Assembly: GCA_031416315.1 (NCBI GenBank)
Contig: JANOTL010000082.1
Span: 1 to 15,391, forward strand
Length of the DNA stretch: 15,391 nt
From: Pseudomonadota bacterium
GTDB lineage: Bacteria; Bdellovibrionota_B; Oligoflexia; Oligoflexales; CAIYRB01
Direction: 5' to 3'
The notes under the pieces are model-generated. The model was not told the origin of the DNA, did no database searches, and saw nothing but the letters and a program-made list of their open reading frames with translations. This document shows positions 7,013 through 14,674 of the stretch, one piece after another. How positions within the stretch are numbered: the stretch's first letter is position 1; each line of letters opens with the position of its first letter. A program made the translations under genes and the position numbers.

Positions 7013-9289
7013 CTTGTGCCCGGAGAACTCGCGAACCTGTTTACTAACGAACTGCCCGTTTTTGAGCAGTTTGAACTCGAAGTCCAGCGCCCGCGGCTTG
7101 TCTTCGTCCCATAGCGACCACTCACAGCCGTGGGTCACCGCTTTCGGATAATAGTCCGCATTGGTCCGGCAGTAGGCCAGCTCGACCGCGCGCGCGATCT
7201 CGACCATCGCCAGTGTTTGCTCGCGCGTCATCACCTGTCGCGTCATCTCCGGTTTGTCCGCCCGCGGCTTCGCAAAGCGCGTCACGGTGATCGAGGTCGG
7301 CACCTCGGCCGTCAAAAGGACCGCGATCCCCTGCTCCGACCAGCTGCCGGGTGCCGGGTTGGTCACGAGGTTATTCTTGTCGTTTGTCGAGATCGAGTAG
7401 CCCGACAAAGTGTCCGTGTTCAAGACCCGCGTGATTAGCACGGCGTTGGCGTCGATCTTCGACTCGAGATCGTAGGCCGGGACGATCGCGAGTCCCATCG
7501 CCGCGGTCGCGTGGTCGACGCGCGCGAAGCTCCGCTCCTCGATCGCGCGCAAGTTCCACAGGCTCGCATAGGCGGCCTTCATCGCGCACTCGACGGTGTC
7601 GGGCACCAGCTTCTTCTTCAGCGCTCCGACTTTGTTGAGCTTAGTCTGGATGAAGCACTCGCTCGAGTCTTCGCTCAAGCCGGGCCGGACCTTGAAGCTG
7701 TCGTAGAGGCCGGCGCCGTTGAAGCCCGTGATGTCCTCGGCGTTGGCGCTCGAACGGACTTTCACGCTCGCGACCTCGCCGAACGTCGCCTTGATCTTCG
7801 CCTTGACCGGCGAAGACAGCGCTTCCGGAAGCTTCGCTCGCAGGAAGAGCGCCTGCACCTCGGCCGCTTGCGCCCTGCGTTCCGACGTCGACAAAGTTCC
7901 CGCCTTTTCGGCCAAGACCAGGACGTCGACCTTCGCTTTGAGCGCCGCGTTCGCCGGATCGGCGAGCATCTTCGGATAAAAGCCGACCGGAACCGCGACC
8001 CCTCTGGGGCTGAGATCGTAGCCGAGCCGCGCGCTCATCGTGCCTGCGTTCGCCGCTCGACCGAGCACGTCCCGCTGCGCCAAGAAGCCGATGTTCGCTG
8101 CCTTGGAGCCGTACTTTGTGCGCGCCGCCAGGCAGTCCGCCGCGTCCTCGTCGCAGAGCTCGTCGACGCTCGCTACGACTTCGGTGTCGTCGTAGCCCAT
8201 CGGCACCCAAGGCTTCGCCATGCGCTCGGCCAGGCGCCTCTCGACCTCGGCTTCGGTCGCTGGCTCGATCCTGAAGCCGTCCATGCGCACCGTCAGCTTC
8301 ACGGGCTTACCCGCGAGCCCTAGCCATTCCGCGGTGTCCGGCGCCGCACGGCGTAGCATCATGTTCGGAGTATCGCGCTCGCGCGATTTCAAGTTCACGT
8401 GCGAGTTGGGGTCTTGATAAGCTCTCGTTACGACGCCGGCGACCACCGTCAGATCGAGCGGCAGCTCGTCGAAGACGACGATGTCGGTGGCGCGCAGCGT
8501 GTCTTGGGACGTCGGAAAGACCTGCAGGTAACCGTACGCCACGCCCGGGTTCAAGGGCAGGTAGTCGGTCGCCCCGAGCACGTCGTTCATGGACAGGACA
8601 CGCAGGCCGAGGGCGGAGAGATCGGCCGCGACCGTGGCGGTCGTTTGCTGCACGCCGGTCGCGACGAAGGCCATGTTGACGTTCGGGAGCTTGAAGAATG
8701 GCATCACCGTCTTCGCAACGCGGAGAATGGCCGCCTCGCTCGCCACGTCCTGCGGGAAAAACTGCAGGCCGTAGATGTCCTCTTTCGTCGCGTCCAGCCG
8801 ATAACGCTGGATCGCCCCCGCGACGTAACGTTTGTCGTCGGTGAAGTAGGTGACAAGGTTGTAGGCCATCGGTGCCTCTGGAATCTGCAGATATTCCCGC
8901 GCGAAGTTGTAGTGCATGAGCGCCGACTGCGGAACGGCGCCGTTGACCGTGAAGTTGCCGTTCATGAAGTGGACGACGGGGGCCTCGGGCTTACGCGCGT
9001 CGATCAAGAACTTCACCGACTTTCCGTGGACGCCGAGCTGGTGGTCGTTGCTCGCGAACATCTCGAAGAGCTCGACGGTCGAGATCTTCGCGACCTCGCT
9101 CAGTGCGCGGCAGTCCTGGTCGGCGCAGTCGCTAGCCAAAGCTTGCGCGGCGTCGACCGGATCTTTCGTCGGCCGGGCGACCGGCATCTTGACGACGGCT
9201 TTGGGCTCGCCTTCTCCCCGTTTCGTGCAGCCGGCGATGGCCGAGACGACCGCGACAAGGGCCAGGGTCGAGAGGAGCTTTCTTTTCAT
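7010..9289 (-). CDS. Lipoprotein of the PEP-utilising dikinase superfamily: novel N-terminal domain + phosphohistidine-like domain + PPDK_N ATP-grasp domain
   Basis: Probable start ATG 9289 (MKRKLLSTLALVAVVSAIAGC, lipobox IAGC). His-domain-like VAGVVT.....NSHVNLKSRERDTP (His codon 8399-8401). PPDK_N motifs: YGSKAANIG, PRGVAVP, VRSSANAEDITGFNGAGLYDS, YASLWNLRA, DFEFK, KQVREF. Confidence 0.85.
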   Translation of the reverse strand: MKRKLLSTLALVAVVSAIAGCTKRGEGEPKAVVKMPVARPTKDPVDAAQALASDCADQDCRALSEVAKISTVELFEMFASNDHQLGVHGKSVKFLIDARKPEAPVVHFMNGNFTVNGAVPQSALMHYNFAREYLQIPEAPMAYNLVTYFTDDKRYVAGAIQRYRLDATKEDIYGLQFFPQDVASEAAILRVAKTVMPFFKLPNVNMAFVATGVQQTTATVAADLSALGLRVLSMNDVLGATDYLPLNPGVAYGYLQVFPTSQDTLRATDIVVFDELPLDLTVVAGVVTRAYQDPNSHVNLKSRERDTPNMMLRRAAPDTAEWLGLAGKPVKLTVRMDGFRIEPATEAEVERRLAERMAKPWVPMGYDDTEVVASVDELCDEDAADCLAARTKYGSKAANIGFLAQRDVLGRAANAGTMSARLGYDLSPRGVAVPVGFYPKMLADPANAALKAKVDVLVLAEKAGTLSTSERRAQAAEVQALFLRAKLPEALSSPVKAKIKATFGEVASVKVRSSANAEDITGFNGAGLYDSFKVRPGLSEDSSECFIQTKLNKVGALKKKLVPDTVECAMKAAYASLWNLRAIEERSFARVDHATAAMGLAIVPAYDLESKIDANAVLITRVLNTDTLSGYSISTNDKNNLVTNPAPGSWSEQGIAVLLTAEVPTSITVTRFAKPRADKPEMTRQVMTREQTLAMVEIARAVELAYCRTNADYYPKAVTHGCEWSLWDEDKPRALDFEFKLLKNGQFVSKQVREFSGHK

Positions 9290-9390
9290 GCTTGCGCCTT
9301 CACGCACCTAGGTCCAGCGACGTAACTCAGTATAGGCACGGCACTGTCGCGACGCTCTGCTTTTGAGGGGAAGCTCCGAGAACCAGTACC

Positions 9391-9419
9391 AATTTCGGTC
9401 GCTCGCGCCCGCACCTTGA
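9391..9419 (-). promoter_or_regulatory. Candidate sigma28-type promoter of the dikinase-like gene
   Basis: Minus strand TCAAG (9419-9415), 16 nt, then CCGAAATT (9398-9391), about 100 nt upstream of ATG 9289. Confidence 0.4.
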
Positions 9420-9482
9420 CCAAAACTTGCGAGCTGCCCTTGCCGGCAGTATTCTGCCAATGAAGATCAAGACTTACCTGGA

Positions 9483-10199
9483 GTGCAAAACGTGGCGGGC
9501 CTTTCCGACCTCCCGGACTTTTTCGGCAAGATGGGAGCCACCAGCGGCGCACCCGCGACGCCGCTCGAGTTCGTTCTGCAGCTGACCTCCGGTGCGGTCG
9601 CGAGCGGACTGCTAGCCTGGTTCTACGCGCGTCACGGCCGCTCCTTGGCCGATCGCCGCGCCTTTGCCGCCAACTTCGTGCCGGTGACGGTAGCGACCCT
9701 CTTCATCATTTCGGTGGTGAAGTCGTCGTTGGCGCTCTCGCTCGGCCTCGTCGGCGCCTTGTCGATCGTCCGCTTCCGGACCGCTGTGCGCGAGCCTGAG
9801 GAGCTCATCTACCTTTTCATCTGCATCGCGCTCGGCCTCGGCTTCGGCGCCGGCGCCTGGCTCGTCTCGGGCCTCTCGTTCGTCGCGCTCGTGATCGTCC
9901 TCTTTCTCGTCAGCCTCGTTCGGCGCCGTGCCAATGGCAGCGGCAGCGGCCTCTTCATCGTCATTCAGGGCCCGCAGTCACCCGCCTTCGACGTTCAAAG
10001 TCTCTTGCAGCTCTTGGCGAAACACGTCCGCCGTTCCGCCCTGCGCCGTTACGAGGTCGGCGACGGTCGCACCGAGGCCGCCTTCAGCATCGAGGTCGCG
10101 TCGAGCGCCGTCCTTGCGACCCTAGTCTCCAGCGTGCGGGCGCTCGATCCGAGCGCCCGTCTCGTCCTCTACGATCATCAGGGAAAAACCCTCGAGTAA
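9483..10199 (+). CDS. DUF4956 family membrane protein (MgtC/SapB-like TM region plus C-terminal ACT-like domain)
   Basis: Signature VKSSLALSLGLVGALSIVRFRTAVREPEELIYLF.CIALGLG.GAG, 4-5 TM segments and a soluble C-terminal alpha/beta region. Start uncertain (GTG 9483 or ATG 9531). Confidence 0.9.
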   Translation: MQNVAGLSDLPDFFGKMGATSGAPATPLEFVLQLTSGAVASGLLAWFYARHGRSLADRRAFAANFVPVTVATLFIISVVKSSLALSLGLVGALSIVRFRTAVREPEELIYLFICIALGLGFGAGAWLVSGLSFVALVIVLFLVSLVRRRANGSGSGLFIVIQGPQSPAFDVQSLLQLLAKHVRRSALRRYEVGDGRTEAAFSIEVASSAVLATLVSSVRALDPSARLVLYDHQGKTLE

Positions 10200-10209
10200 G
10201 GTCTTGAGC

Positions 10210-10899
10210 ATGCTGCGAACCTTAGTCGAGCGCTCGACGCCCCGGCTGGAGCGCAAGTTGATCGCCGACGCGGCGGGCGGCAGCGACGTCGGGGCGCTCG
10301 TCTGGGCCGTGAAGACCCTGCCGGCAATGGTGCGCGAGCCTTATCCACCGCGCAGCGTCCACAGCCTTTATTACGATACCGAAGATCTGGCGTTTTTCCG
10401 GGAGCACGCCAACGGCTTGGCCGAGCGCTGCAAGCTGCGCGCACGCTGGTACGGTCGCCCCGGAGAGCGGCCGATGCAGGCCCTGGCGCGCGCGACGAAC
10501 GTCGTCCTCGAGCTGAAGACGCGCTCGGGCGACGTCGGCGGCAAGCTCCTCGTGCCGCTTCGTGAGACGCCGCGGAGCCTCGACGCGCTCGCGCGCGCGA
10601 AGGACTTCGCCCCTTGTCCGATGCCGGTTCTGCTACCGGAGTGCATCGTGTCGTACGACCGCCGTTACTTCGCCTGCGGTACGAGCGACCTGCGCCTCAC
10701 GATCGACTACCGCTTGCGCTGCAGCTCGTTTGGCGGCGACGAGCGCGGCGTGCCGCTCGGGGAGGGCGCCGTGATCGAGCTCAAGGCCAAACCCGAGCAC
10801 GGTCTCGCCCTAGCCGACCTTGCCGCCGCGCTCGGCCTGCCGCCGAGCAAGAACTCGAAGTACCTACGAGCCCAACGCGTACTGAAGCGGTTTCTCTAG
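10210..10899 (+). CDS. VTC-domain (polyphosphate polymerase-like, CYTH/triphosphate tunnel metalloenzyme) protein
   Basis: Motifs RLERK, SLYYDT, KLRARWY, LELK, SYDRRYF, RLTID, IELK, SKY occur in the canonical order. ATG 10210 follows TAAGG and lies 10 nt after the DUF4956 stop, so the two are probably an operon. Confidence 0.9.
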   Translation: MLRTLVERSTPRLERKLIADAAGGSDVGALVWAVKTLPAMVREPYPPRSVHSLYYDTEDLAFFREHANGLAERCKLRARWYGRPGERPMQALARATNVVLELKTRSGDVGGKLLVPLRETPRSLDALARAKDFAPCPMPVLLPECIVSYDRRYFACGTSDLRLTIDYRLRCSSFGGDERGVPLGEGAVIELKAKPEHGLALADLAAALGLPPSKNSKYLRAQRVLKRFL

Positions 10900-11162
10900 G
10901 AGCTGCGCTTGAGACGCCGCAAGAGCCGGCGAGCTAAGCTCGGGCCGGGACTCCAGTCGTCCTGCGTCAGCCTTTGCACTTCCTCGTCGAGCGGTTCGTC
11001 GTCGCCCTCCAGGCGCGACCAACTCTCCTCGAGGTCATCCTTGGCGATCTTCAACTCGTCCTCGAAGCGGCTGTCGACCAGCTCGGTCTTCGGCGGGTAG
11101 GAGAAGCGCATGGTGGGCGGCGGCGGGACGAAATGGTGCGGAAGCGGGATGCCGGTCTTCAT
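10896..11162 (-). CDS. Small hypothetical protein, 88 aa (Pro-rich N-terminus, acidic core, basic C-terminal helix)
   Basis: AGAGGA RBS upstream of the ATG and a sigma28-like promoter further upstream. Its stop overlaps the VTC stop in CTAG 10896-10899. Confidence 0.7.
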   Translation of the reverse strand: MKTGIPLPHHFVPPPPTMRFSYPPKTELVDSRFEDELKIAKDDLEESWSRLEGDDEPLDEEVQRLTQDDWSPGPSLARRLLRRLKRSS

Positions 11163-11208
11163 GGATTGGTTCCTCTAGGGGTCGTGGTCCGCGCTCGGAC
11201 TAGACACC

Positions 11209-11235
11209 AGGTCGGCCTGCCGCCCAGAGTCTTGA
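11209..11235 (-). promoter_or_regulatory. Sigma28 (FliA)-type promoter of the 88-aa gene
   Basis: Minus strand TCAAG-actctgggcggcag-GCCGACCT, with the same spacing as the 13310 site. Confidence 0.6.
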
Positions 11236-11254
11236 CGAGCCTCCGCAAGCAACC

Positions 11255-11284
11255 GAAATCCATACGTAAATACTCATGGATTTC
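11255..11284. promoter_or_regulatory. Palindromic candidate operator between divergent genes
   Basis: GAAATCCAT-acGTAaaTACtc-ATGGATTTC: perfect 9-bp inverted repeat with a 12-bp spacer, AT-rich in a GC-rich background. Confidence 0.45.
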
Positions 11285-11352
11285 AGGCCTTGCCAAGATG
11301 CCGTCGAAAACTCTCTCAGGTCGAGCCGGTCAAAGGACCCCCGACCTCCCCG

Positions 11353-11387
11353 AAACGCCGGTCCGCCTAAGGAGCCGGCGTTTTTTT
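11353..11387 (+). terminator. Terminator-like hairpin in the leader region upstream of the 586-aa lipoprotein gene
   Basis: AAACGCCGG-TCC-gcctaa-GGA-g-CCGGCGTTT running into a T7 tract. No + strand gene ends immediately upstream. Confidence 0.45.
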
Positions 11388-11515
11388 CGCGCCGTCCAAG
11401 CTTTGGTCGGCGAAAAGACCGCCGCGCCCTGCGTAAATTGCGGAAATGCGTGGCGAAGGGGCACGGCACGGAATATGAATTATGAAACGCCAAAGGTTAC
11501 CTGCAGGAGTTCCTC

Positions 11516-13276
11516 ATGACGCGCCGTTTCAGCCGCCATCCCCAGTCGTGCTTTGGCAAGCTCACGCTCGTCGCGCTAATGCTCGCAACCTTCCCCCTTG
11601 CCACCTCGTGCCTCTCGCGCGACGGCCGCATGGGCGGCAACGGCGGCGTCGGTGACGGCGGCGCGGCCGTCCTCGCCTCGATCGGCGGCATCTCCGACCA
11701 GGACCTGGCCCGCCCCGATCTGGGCTTCTTCTTGGCCTGCAACAACGGCATCCGCCTCAAAGGCGAGGCGAAGAAAGACGGCGGCAAGGAGTTCGTGCGC
11801 TTCTCCGGCGACGGCATCGAGGACGGCAAGACCTCCTGCTCGATGGAGATCCGCGCCGACGTCAAAGACGAGAATTACATCTGGTTCGCCCGCGACAAGG
11901 GCGAGCCCGTCAAAGGCTTCCTTTACGGCTCGAACGAAAAGCTGGTCGAGAAGCGCTCTCTGTCTTTGACCCTTTACAAGCTCTACTCCATCAAGGAAGC
12001 GTCGGAAGACTTCGCCGCGACCGTGGCGGTCGAGCTCGACTTCGCCGAGGGCGCGACCGCGCCCGACGCCGCGAAGTCTTCGGCCAACCTCGAGTGCGGC
12101 GATAAAAAGCACGGCGGCACCTACGTCAAAGGCGAGGGCAAGCTGGCGACCCTGAAATTCCCGAGCCTCAAGGTGAAGGACATGAAGGGCGTGAAGTGCG
12201 AGAAGGTCGTCATCCTCGTCGACCAGGTCTCCGCCTTTACGGGCGAGACGGCGGCAGTGGAGCTCCTCGAGTTCAAGGACCCGAAGAAGGCCGACGACCT
12301 AAAGTTCCCGACCGACCCAGCCAAGCGCTACCTCTTGAAGGCGACCCCCACCGGCGGCATCGACGTCGGTGCCGAGCTCGTCGGCCCCTGTCTCCGCTAC
12401 GAGGCGCCCAAGTGCCTCGACATGGTCGAGTTCGACAAGTTCCCGTTCACGAAGAATTACATGGTCGCTTTGGTCGAAGGCAAAACCAACGCCGGAGAAG
12501 GCGAGCGCGTCGCTTACTACGTCGCCGTCGGCGAAGCCGGCATCAACCCGCAATCGGGCATGCTCGACCGCGCGGCGATCAACGCCGCACTCAAGGCCGA
12601 CGCCACCGAGGCGCAAAAGAAAGCCTTCCACTTCTATGCCGAGGCTCTCGGGGACGAGCTCTTCAAGGCGCCTTTCGACGCCAAGGTGATCTCCGGCGAA
12701 GCCCTCGCCGCCCACAAGGTCTCGCTCGAAGAAGTCGCCGTCACCAAGAAGGTCATGTTCCTCAACCTCCACAAGATCTGGGTCCACGGCTTCCAAGCCG
12801 TCGACGAGGCCGCGCTCGCCGCCAAGGCCGAGGCGGCGAACGGCGCCGTCTGGTTCGCGACGGTCAAAGGCAAAAAAGACGCGCAAACAGACGTGGAATT
12901 CGTGGTCACCGGTTTCGACAAGTACTTGCGCTCGGCGAAGGCCCCGGCCCTCGTCGCCGAGAAGCCCGTCTTCTTCAAGGACACGCTTTTCATCGAGGAC
13001 CTCAAGTCGGCGCAGCCCTCCGAGCGCTGGCGCGTCTACGCGCTGAAGGGCGCCGCGATGGCGGAAGCCACCTGTGAGCTCGAGAAGCCCTACCTCCTCG
13101 ACTTCCAGCCTGAGCTCCTCGCGACTGAAGCGAAAGACCTTAAGCTCGATCTTTGCGAGATCGCCAAGGACAAGTTCAAGCCCGAGCTCCTCGACGGCAG
13201 CTGGAAGCTGGAAGCCAGCTACCAAGCCATGGGTTGGTTCGTCGCAGGCCACTGTCCGGGCTGCAGCGGCACCTGA
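11516..13276 (+). CDS. Putative lipoprotein, Lys/Glu- and Cys-rich, unknown function
   Basis: CAGGAG RBS at 11504-11509. Signal ends in LATSC (Cys32). Codon bias is very strong (AAG, GAG, TTC, GTC). Several Cys pairs, and a C-terminal HCPGCSGT. Confidence 0.8.
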   Translation: MTRRFSRHPQSCFGKLTLVALMLATFPLATSCLSRDGRMGGNGGVGDGGAAVLASIGGISDQDLARPDLGFFLACNNGIRLKGEAKKDGGKEFVRFSGDGIEDGKTSCSMEIRADVKDENYIWFARDKGEPVKGFLYGSNEKLVEKRSLSLTLYKLYSIKEASEDFAATVAVELDFAEGATAPDAAKSSANLECGDKKHGGTYVKGEGKLATLKFPSLKVKDMKGVKCEKVVILVDQVSAFTGETAAVELLEFKDPKKADDLKFPTDPAKRYLLKATPTGGIDVGAELVGPCLRYEAPKCLDMVEFDKFPFTKNYMVALVEGKTNAGEGERVAYYVAVGEAGINPQSGMLDRAAINAALKADATEAQKKAFHFYAEALGDELFKAPFDAKVISGEALAAHKVSLEEVAVTKKVMFLNLHKIWVHGFQAVDEAALAAKAEAANGAVWFATVKGKKDAQTDVEFVVTGFDKYLRSAKAPALVAEKPVFFKDTLFIEDLKSAQPSERWRVYALKGAAMAEATCELEKPYLLDFQPELLATEAKDLKLDLCEIAKDKFKPELLDGSWKLEASYQAMGWFVAGHCPGCSGT

Positions 13277-13309
13277 AAATCCGGTCTTTTCCGGCGTCTA
13301 GGTGCTCTC

Positions 13310-13336
13310 TCAAGTTTTCTGCGCTGGGGCCGATAA
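13310..13336 (+). promoter_or_regulatory. Sigma28 (FliA) promoter of the 96-aa gene
   Basis: TCAAG-ttttctgcgctggg-GCCGATAA: exact sigma28 -10 consensus with 15 nt between TCAA and GCCGATAA, then GAGGAG RBS and ATG 13366. Confidence 0.8.
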
Positions 13337-13365
13337 GCTCCCGCACGAACTCGAGGAGAACCTAG

Positions 13366-13656
13366 ATGAAGGACCTCTCGAACAAGAATCCCAGCCAGAT
13401 CCGCCGTAGCCACAATTCGGAGCTTCTCCGGAAAATGCGCAACGGGGAATCGCTCACGAGCTTCGACTCGAAGGCGTCCTGGTTTCCGCCTCGGCCGATG
13501 ATCGAGAAGGACAAGGACGCCATCATGCGTCTTTACGACGTCGACGCGCCCGGACACTCCGACGCGTCGAACGCGGGCTCGCGCGTCGAGCGTGAGAAGA
13601 AGCCGGCACGCGAGGGCTTCAAGGTCCTCACCTTCGACAAGAAGCCCACGCCGTAA
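13366..13656 (+). CDS. Small hydrophilic hypothetical protein, 96 aa
   Basis: Strong RBS GAGGAG (13353-13358), its own sigma28 promoter and GC3-biased codons. It fills the gap between two genes. Confidence 0.75.
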   Translation: MKDLSNKNPSQIRRSHNSELLRKMRNGESLTSFDSKASWFPPRPMIEKDKDAIMRLYDVDAPGHSDASNAGSRVEREKKPAREGFKVLTFDKKPTP

Positions 13657-13672
13657 AGGCGTCGCTCCCGAG

Positions 13673-14674
13673 TCAAAGGCGCCAGTAAAAGCCCACGTCG
13701 GAGGCCGGCTGCACGCCGGCCTGGTCGATTTTCTCGCCGTCGAGATCCTTGCCCGACATGACGAAGTACTGCATCCCGATGCCGACCCGCATCTGGAAGC
13801 TCGACCACACCCATTGGTGGGCGACCGTCAGGCGGAAGAAGTTCGACTTCAGCTGCTCGAAGGCCGTCTGCTCGATGCGCGTCGTCATGAGGACCTTGTT
13901 GCCGTTTGCCCGCGAGTACTCACCAGTGAGCTGGAAGCGCTCCTGCGCTAGGCCTGTGATCGACTGGACCTGGATCGACTGCTGGGTCAGAGAGCTTTCC
14001 CCCGCCTCGTCCTTCGCCTGGTTCTCGGTCGTCGCGACCGGCTTCTCGTCGCCCGCCGCGGGCGTCTCCTCGGCCTCGGCCTCGGCGGGCGAGGGCTCGG
14101 GCGCCTTCGTCTGCTCGTTGCGGCTGTCGTAGTCGGCGTCCGGGTGCTTCGTCTCCCAGAGCTTGCGTTGCCCCTTCTCGGAGAGCTTCGCGTGCACCTT
14201 GCCAAAGCCTTTGCCCCAGAACGTGTGCAGCTTCAAACGCGGCGACAGCGTGTTCGTCCAACTGATCGACGGGCGCACGATGCGCGCGTCGAGCTCCTGG
14301 AAGTGCTCGTCGACGCTGCCCCAAAGGAAGGTGCTCTTGCTCAAATAAGCTGCGCGCATGCCGACCGCGATCAGGTGCTCGCTGGTGCGAAAGACGGTCG
14401 CCTTGCCCTGAATCGTCGTCGCGCCAACGGCGGTGGAGATCAGGTCGGTGCCGATCATCAAGGATCCGGTGAGTCCGACCTCGAGCTCGGTGCCGATCTT
14501 CACCTCACCCTCGGCGAGGGTCGCGGCCGTGAACTCCTCGACCAGGGTGTAGCGGTCGGACTCGCCCGAGGCGGCTGCGACGACGGCGGCAGGCTGCGGC
14601 CCTTGGGGCTCGCCTTCCGAGCCCACGGCAATGCCGGCGCCCCCCCAGGCGATGGCCAGTGGCAGGAGCCTCAT
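13673..14674 (-). CDS. Probable outer-membrane beta-barrel protein with an acidic low-complexity loop
   Basis: The listed TTG start (14842) overlaps hisS, so ATG 14674 (MRLLPLAIAWGGAGIAVG) or 14704 is more likely. Alternating amphipathic strands (FQLTGEY, FRLTVAHQWVW, FQMRVGIGMQY) and a C-terminal DVGFYWRL resembling a BAM beta-signal. Confidence 0.7.
   Translation of the reverse strand: MRLLPLAIAWGGAGIAVGSEGEPQGPQPAAVVAAASGESDRYTLVEEFTAATLAEGEVKIGTELEVGLTGSLMIGTDLISTAVGATTIQGKATVFRTSEHLIAVGMRAAYLSKSTFLWGSVDEHFQELDARIVRPSISWTNTLSPRLKLHTFWGKGFGKVHAKLSEKGQRKLWETKHPDADYDSRNEQTKAPEPSPAEAEAEETPAAGDEKPVATTENQAKDEAGESSLTQQSIQVQSITGLAQERFQLTGEYSRANGNKVLMTTRIEQTAFEQLKSNFFRLTVAHQWVWSSFQMRVGIGMQYFVMSGKDLDGEKIDQAGVQPASDVGFYWRL

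Noticed and set aside
6694..7047. 117-aa + strand ORF inside the inverted-repeat element
   Set aside because: It runs through the right repeat arm into the convergent gene and has no recognisable motifs. The opposite strand carries the GIY-YIG-like signal.
7010..9307. Annotation as ppdK/ppsA or rifampin phosphotransferase
   Set aside because: The domain order differs, there is no pyruvate-binding barrel, and a lipoprotein signal is present.
9483..10199. Call as mgtC
   Set aside because: The SLGLVGALSIVRFR signature and the adjacent VTC gene fit DUF4956 rather than MgtC proper.
11300..11390. Glycine or c-di-GMP-I riboswitch (CTCTCAGG, GCCTAA fragments)
   Set aside because: The other conserved elements (GGAGA/CCGAAG, or GGCAAA...GACGCAAAG) are absent.
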